Positions 59,167 through 64,000 of a stretch of DNA of 64,000 nucleotides are shown piece after piece (within the stretch, counting starts at the first letter, position 1; every line of letters begins with the position of its first letter). This DNA comes from Methanobacteriota archaeon (GTDB taxonomy: Archaea > Halobacteriota > Bog-38 > Methanoflorentales > Methanoflorentaceae). The DNA lies in contig OY970393.1 of assembly GCA_963720465.1 (NCBI GenBank), positions 2,240,001 through 2,304,000 on the forward strand. Direction: 5' to 3'. Under the pieces are notes generated by a model, which saw only the letters and a list, made by a program, of their open reading frames with translations, made no database searches and was not told the origin of the DNA. Made by a program: the position numbers and the translations under genes.

Positions 59167-59838
59167 ATGAAAAAATATCTCGCCATACTCCTTATTGCGA
59201 TAATGGCCACCACGGTCCTGAGTGCTGCAGGCGTCGTGACGACGCAGAAGGTGGCGGCAGTCCCTTCATCCACTCCCGTTGTCGTTAAATATCGCCCAGG
59301 CGCGACGTACATCTTTACCCCGTCACAGTTTAATGTAAGAACTTCGGTTAATTTTGGGTCGCTAGGCTCGAAATCGTTTGCGGCAACGTTCAACAACGCG
59401 CTTCGCACGTACGCAATCACGACACAGATTGGACAAGCAGCACAAGGCGATGCACAGATAGGCATGGCCTGGCGGCTCACGCTGCCGTCGCACGGACCGT
59501 ATTCCAACTGGGCTTACGTGGTAACACTACCGTGCCGAGTTACGGTCACGTTGGCTTATGACGTTTCAGCAAATGGACCCAACATAAACACCTGCGCTAC
59601 AGCACGAGCACTCGTGGCGCATAACGCGCAAGGTGCTACCGTCTTCGGCAATGATCCCATACATACGCAGATTGGCATAAGGAGGCTAACCTTCGTAAGC
59701 AGCGTTGGACAAGTGTTTTCGTCTGGCGGCTTTGTTGGACTTGCGCGAATCCAAGCGGTAAGTCTAATGCAAGACGTGGGACAAGCACACGCGTCGCTCA
59801 TTTGCAGCAGCATTGTGCTCGAGTTCCCGGCCAGTTAA
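59167..59838 (+). CDS. Secreted beta-rich hypothetical protein (paralogue 1)
   Basis: Signal peptide; YRPGATYIF.PSQFN...IVLEFP; GGAGG RBS. Confidence 0.75.
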   Translation: MKKYLAILLIAIMATTVLSAAGVVTTQKVAAVPSSTPVVVKYRPGATYIFTPSQFNVRTSVNFGSLGSKSFAATFNNALRTYAITTQIGQAAQGDAQIGMAWRLTLPSHGPYSNWAYVVTLPCRVTVTLAYDVSANGPNINTCATARALVAHNAQGATVFGNDPIHTQIGIRRLTFVSSVGQVFSSGGFVGLARIQAVSLMQDVGQAHASLICSSIVLEFPAS

Positions 59839-60266
59839 GTTAAGCGATTGGGGTTTGCCTCCCCACCTCTTTTTTTTTACCACTCTTTCGGCTCACTAGT
59901 CGTTTCGGTAGTCGACTAGTTTGAATATGAGCCTATCGACTTCCAGGCAATTGTTGTTCCGGGGTGAAAAGTGGGTTTACATCTGGGTATTTCTTCTCAA
60001 AAAGTAGGGTGAAACTAAGGTAAAATGACCGCTCGGCTGTTTGGTCGCGTTCCATATCGCCGCGCGGCCTGCAATGCGTGTACTTCTCGCACCTTTGGCA
60101 GTTCATTATTTGCGCATTTCAGGAAAGCAGCGTAACGAGGCGAGGCATATCTGCGTAGTTTAACGTGTTTATAGCAACAGGGTCCACATCAATGGTCTAT
60201 AAGGGTTGGTTGCTCGGCAATCCTGGCAGAAAAAAAGAGGTGGGAGCGCGAACTCCCTTTCAGTTC

Positions 60267-60959
60267 TTAACCCAGCGCTTGTGGAAACTCAATTATGATG
60301 TAGTCAAGGTGGCAAACCGCTGAAGCACTGCCCGCAGACCCTGGCGGCCAATTAAATGGTATAGTGAGGACTTCGGCGCCAGGATTTGAAGCCATCGTCT
60401 CGCGAGTTTGAGGGTAAAAAACATCTCCCACCGTGCTTACAAAGGTCACCGTCTGCGTCCCGCTCTGTGCCCGGTTCTCTGAAAATTTATCCCACTGGGG
60501 ATTCCCGGCTGAGACGCTGACAGATGCCTCAGCCCCTCCCTTCGCTACTAGATTGTAACTCAGATGCATAGTTATCTTGCACGGCTCTTGAGAAAGTGAC
60601 CACCAGCTACCGCGCATCTGCACAAGAACCCCCGTCGTTGCCCAAGAAAGCGGACGGTAGCTCTGTTGGGCAGGGGAAACGCGCATTGCTGAGAACGCGA
60701 AACCGCTGAATGCGGCCTCTGAATGGACCCATCCACTCGCTCCACGCGTATTGTAACTTGACCCATCGTTATTGAACTGGATTGGCGCGAAGATGTACTT
60801 CGCCCCCGGCCTGTAGGCGATATCGATTGGCGTCGGTTGCGTGGACGCGGACGCGGCTGCGACCTTCGGCGACGTCGTTACGGCAATAGCACCGCAGGCG
60901 CTGAGCGCCATAATCGCGACCATCGCGGTGGCAATAACGGTTCTTCTTGTTGTGTTCAT
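60267..60959 (-). CDS. Secreted beta-rich hypothetical protein (paralogue 2)
   Basis: Signal peptide; YRPGAKYIF.PIQFN...IIIEFP. Confidence 0.75.
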   Translation of the reverse strand: MNTTRRTVIATAMVAIMALSACGAIAVTTSPKVAAASASTQPTPIDIAYRPGAKYIFAPIQFNNDGSSYNTRGASGWVHSEAAFSGFAFSAMRVSPAQQSYRPLSWATTGVLVQMRGSWWSLSQEPCKITMHLSYNLVAKGGAEASVSVSAGNPQWDKFSENRAQSGTQTVTFVSTVGDVFYPQTRETMASNPGAEVLTIPFNWPPGSAGSASAVCHLDYIIIEFPQALG

Positions 60960-61458
60960 TCATCCTCCCCGATGTTACCTTACTATCTCATAAAGACAAA
61001 GAAATCATAGAATCCGTTTTCTGTGAGCACCTGGCCAGCAGATGTCTCACACCCGCGAGTTCAAGCCTCAGCCGTGGCATGACACCCCCCCCGGTCCGCT
61101 CTGAAAGCCCCCCGACGCTTGTGCTGTGGGTTTGGCGGTTGCCGGCACGACAAGCACCGCTGAGCAGAGTAGCACGCTGATGACAACGAAGGCAGCAACC
61201 GCATATCTCTTCACCGTAGGTCACCTCCTCTTATCTTCTTTCATCAGGCGGCTGCGATGCTGCAACCGCCGGTGTTGACAAGCTAGAAATTATCTTGCTC
61301 TCACGCAATAAACGTTGTCGTTTCGGCTTTGTCAATATTGCGTTATTTTATCAGTTAGACGGTGCAATCCTCTTTTTTGGCGTAAAATCGGAAGGTATGA
61401 GCTTGTTGCACCGCTCTTTTTACGCAAAAATGGCGAAAGCCGATATATGGAGAAAGCT

Positions 61459-62102
61459 ATGAGAGGCAAAAAAGTTCTTGCCATGTTTTTAATCGCGCTG
61501 ATTGCGACGACGGTCGTGGCCGCTACCAGCGTCGTGACCACGGAAAAAGCCGCCGCGCAACCGGTCGACCCCATCATACTTTACAAACTAGGAATGACAT
61601 ATTTCTTCGGGCCGTCTCAGTTTAATGAACACTCTGCAGCGTCCGTAAGTTTGCCACCTGGTGCACGGGATTCGGCAACGAGCGCCGGTGGCCTCGTGTA
61701 CGCGTCGATTATCACGACGGCGCAAATCAGTGGGAGCCAAGCCTTAACTGGAATCTCCTGGCAGCTTAATCTAGCCGGGGCGGACTGGAGTACCGTCCAG
61801 GGCAAGACATGTACAATCACCGTCACGATGGTCTATCTTCTCCAAGCCAAGAGCGATTACTCTACTCGCGCGTCCGTGCAATGGATTGCCGCGGGGAACC
61901 AGCAAGATATTGTGCGAGGCAATAGCCAACACACTCAAAGCTAGTGATGACGACCTGGACGCGAACTACCACGGTCGGCTCCATGTTCAACAACGGGTAC
62001 GGAGAGAGCCGAGTCATGGTTCAGGCTATCAGGAACCCCGCAGGTGCGGGGCAGGCCTCTGCGACGGCACTTGTCACGGGCATGACGCTGAGATTTAACT
62101 AG
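61459..62102 (+). pseudogene. Secreted hypothetical protein (paralogue 3), frameshifted near 61942
   Basis: YKLGMTYFFGPSQFN; continues in another frame as ...TTVGSMF...GQASATA...MTLRFN*. Confidence 0.7.
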
Positions 62103-62363
62103 TTCGGAAAAACCGGCGGGAGCGTCAGCTCCCACTCTTCTTTTTGGCTGGAAATAACTCTATAAATCGGTGAAAAAGGTTGAAAACTGAGTTTTTTGGC
62201 CGCTAACCTTTTTATGTCAAAAAGTTATGGCGAGCATCGAGGGCCGCAGCAACGCAGTTGGCGTTTGAAATAACCATAGGATACGTGAACCCAAAGCCTC
62301 CTCCACCCCTTCGACTTTTCGCGGTCGCGTCAACTCTTTCTTCAGAAGCACTTTTAGCTAAAA

Positions 62364-63040
62364 CTACCAGGTGACCCTTGCTGAGTTTACCTTAATCGGG
62401 TCAAAAGAATAGTGTGAAGCCGAATAGCCGTGTAACCTGTTCCACATTTGGACTGCGTGAGACAGAAAGAATAAGAGCCTGGGACGCCGTACGTCGCTTC
62501 CCGGTAGCTTTTGGAGGATGACACGTCTCAGAAAGTCAGCTTCTTGTGGGCATTGTGACGTAAGCGAGGGCACCTTGGCACATCCGCTTTAGGCGAACTC
62601 AATTGTTCCTGATAGACACCCGCTGAAGATTCCACGTGAGTTTTGATGCAGTAAGAAATGTCCCGTTCCGCCTACAACGCGGGCGAAACATCCCGTGCCA
62701 CCGTCAATCTGGTACGTGGAGGTACCAAATGGCACGTGCAGTTAATCGAACCGGTCGGGGGCGTGATGGTCATTTGAAACGGGGCTGGGGGAAATGTTAC
62801 CATTTGAACTCCATTGACCCGCGACAATCCGCAGTAGGAGAGTAAGCCGCATCCGTTGTAGGTCGTGCCCCCAAGCCGCGTGACGTAAGCTGAAAAGAAT
62901 CCTGTAAAACGGCAAGGTGAGTTGACCAGACACGTGCGAGGTTAGTTGTGCCTCGTTTGCCGCAAGCGCGGATGTCGCTGTAAGCGGCATCGCTGCGACC
63001 AAGATAATTAGCACAAGTAACGCGATTGTGATTGGTCGTT
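62364..63040 (-). pseudogene. Decayed secreted-protein gene
   Basis: Signal-peptide-like LILVAAMPLTATSALAA followed by broken frames. Confidence 0.35.
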
Positions 63041-63339
63041 ACGTAAACGTCCTCCGTGCCTGCTTCTTCGACAGGCTTAGAAACAATACGTATATGTTCG
63101 GCTTAAGGTTGGCGTTTTTTGCTTGGTCGTTGTCGCCCCGAACGTAACTGCTCAAATTTTGAAGCTCACATCCACCCAGCATTTCATATATACATCATAA
63201 ACAGAATCAGGAAGCGGACGCTTGAGAAATCGCCAGTCGACTCAAGAAACGCCATGTGTAGGGAGTGAGCTTAGTGGTTCCCTTTTTCTATATAGCAGAA
63301 ACCTACCCGAAAAATCGTCAGTTTGCAGACCGATATGGG

Positions 63340-64000
63340 TTAGGTTGCGTGTATATTTTCTTCACCTAATGCGGTTTCACGGAATAATCGATCGGAGGTA
63401 GCGTGGGACAAGGCTCGAGTTACCATTCGTAATTCCCGGAAGTAGGCTACCCTGCCAGGAACTCTACCGTCCATGTCTGCAGCAGCGGTGCCCGGACGTG
63501 GTGAAAATGCATAGATTTCGGCATAGTCGAAATGTAATTCGTCGAACAGGCGCATGGACTCAGCAAAGTCTTTCGCTGTTTCGGCTGGGAAGTTTACCAT
63601 AATCTGAGTCTGAATGAACAGGTCCGGATGCGCCTCTTTCAGTCGTCGGATGCCTTCTTTGACATCAGCAATACTATATCCCCGCTTCATCAGCCTTAAG
63701 ATCCGGTCGCTTCCGGACTCAACGGGGACCCCGGTAAACCATATCTTTCCTGTCGCAAACGCGGGAACTAACTCGTTAATCATCTGTTTTAGAAAGAGGG
63801 GATGGATATTACGCAGGCCAATCTTAAAATCGCCGTTTTCACTTACCATTTTGGTGAGAAGGTCTGCTAGGTCATAGTCATAGCCGAGGTCTCGCCCATA
63901 CGGTCCCAAGTCCGTTCCCAGTAGGCTGAACTCTTTGAAACCAAGATTAAGCCCGGCCTTGAATTCATCCATGACCTCATCAATGGGCTTGCTTTTGATG
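63340..64000 (-). CDS. Radical SAM protein, MiaB/RimO/MtaB-like C-terminal half (5' end beyond window)
   Basis: SKPIDEV, LLGTDLGPYG, PVESGSDRIL.LM.RGY, FPAET..DF and FSPRPGT.AA motifs. Confidence 0.85.
   Translation of the reverse strand, partial: IKSKPIDEVMDEFKAGLNLGFKEFSLLGTDLGPYGRDLGYDYDLADLLTKMVSENGDFKIGLRNIHPLFLKQMINELVPAFATGKIWFTGVPVESGSDRILRLMKRGYSIADVKEGIRRLKEAHPDLFIQTQIMVNFPAETAKDFAESMRLFDELHFDYAEIYAFSPRPGTAAADMDGRVPGRVAYFRELRMVTRALSHATSDRLFRETALGEENIHAT

Overview
Archaeal chromosomal window. Methanogenesis marker 14, intron-containing tRNAs and a PGF-CTERM protein point to a Halobacteriota/Methanomicrobia-type methanogen or relative (inference). 1-17 kb is housekeeping: rpl15-secY-adk-cmk-cbf5, mobB, cobY/S/Z, purM, lysC, M50 peptidases, thg1 and marker 14. 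17.3-20.1 kb is an AT-rich islet with one intact and one decayed catalytic-domain-only tyrosine recombinase, surrounded by seven outward-facing copies of a 13-bp motif (AAAAGTGAGAGTT). 20-36 kb holds redox/sulfur genes, an orphan DNA methyltransferase, two secreted Cys-rich repeat proteins, several pseudogenes and an ABC-2 exporter. A tRNA cluster (Lys, Trp, Gln, His) at 36.0-36.7 kb is followed by a 21.9-kb element integrated in tRNA-His, bounded by a 57-bp direct repeat (36611-36667 / 58517-58573). It has an SSV1-type split integrase, a P4/D5-type primase-helicase, ParB, a small-terminase-like ORF, HEPN/AbiJ defence genes and surface proteins. The most striking observation is that four displaced copies of the integrase gene's own 3' end (the catalytic-Tyr region, with an invariant 12-mer) lie in tandem downstream of it, each separated by different cargo genes. 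This looks like an integron-like cassette stack that uses the integrase gene itself as the insertion target. A second intN and a family of secreted paralogues suggest a tandem element continuing past 58.6 kb. All calls are from reading the sequence and ORF track by eye; no searches were run.
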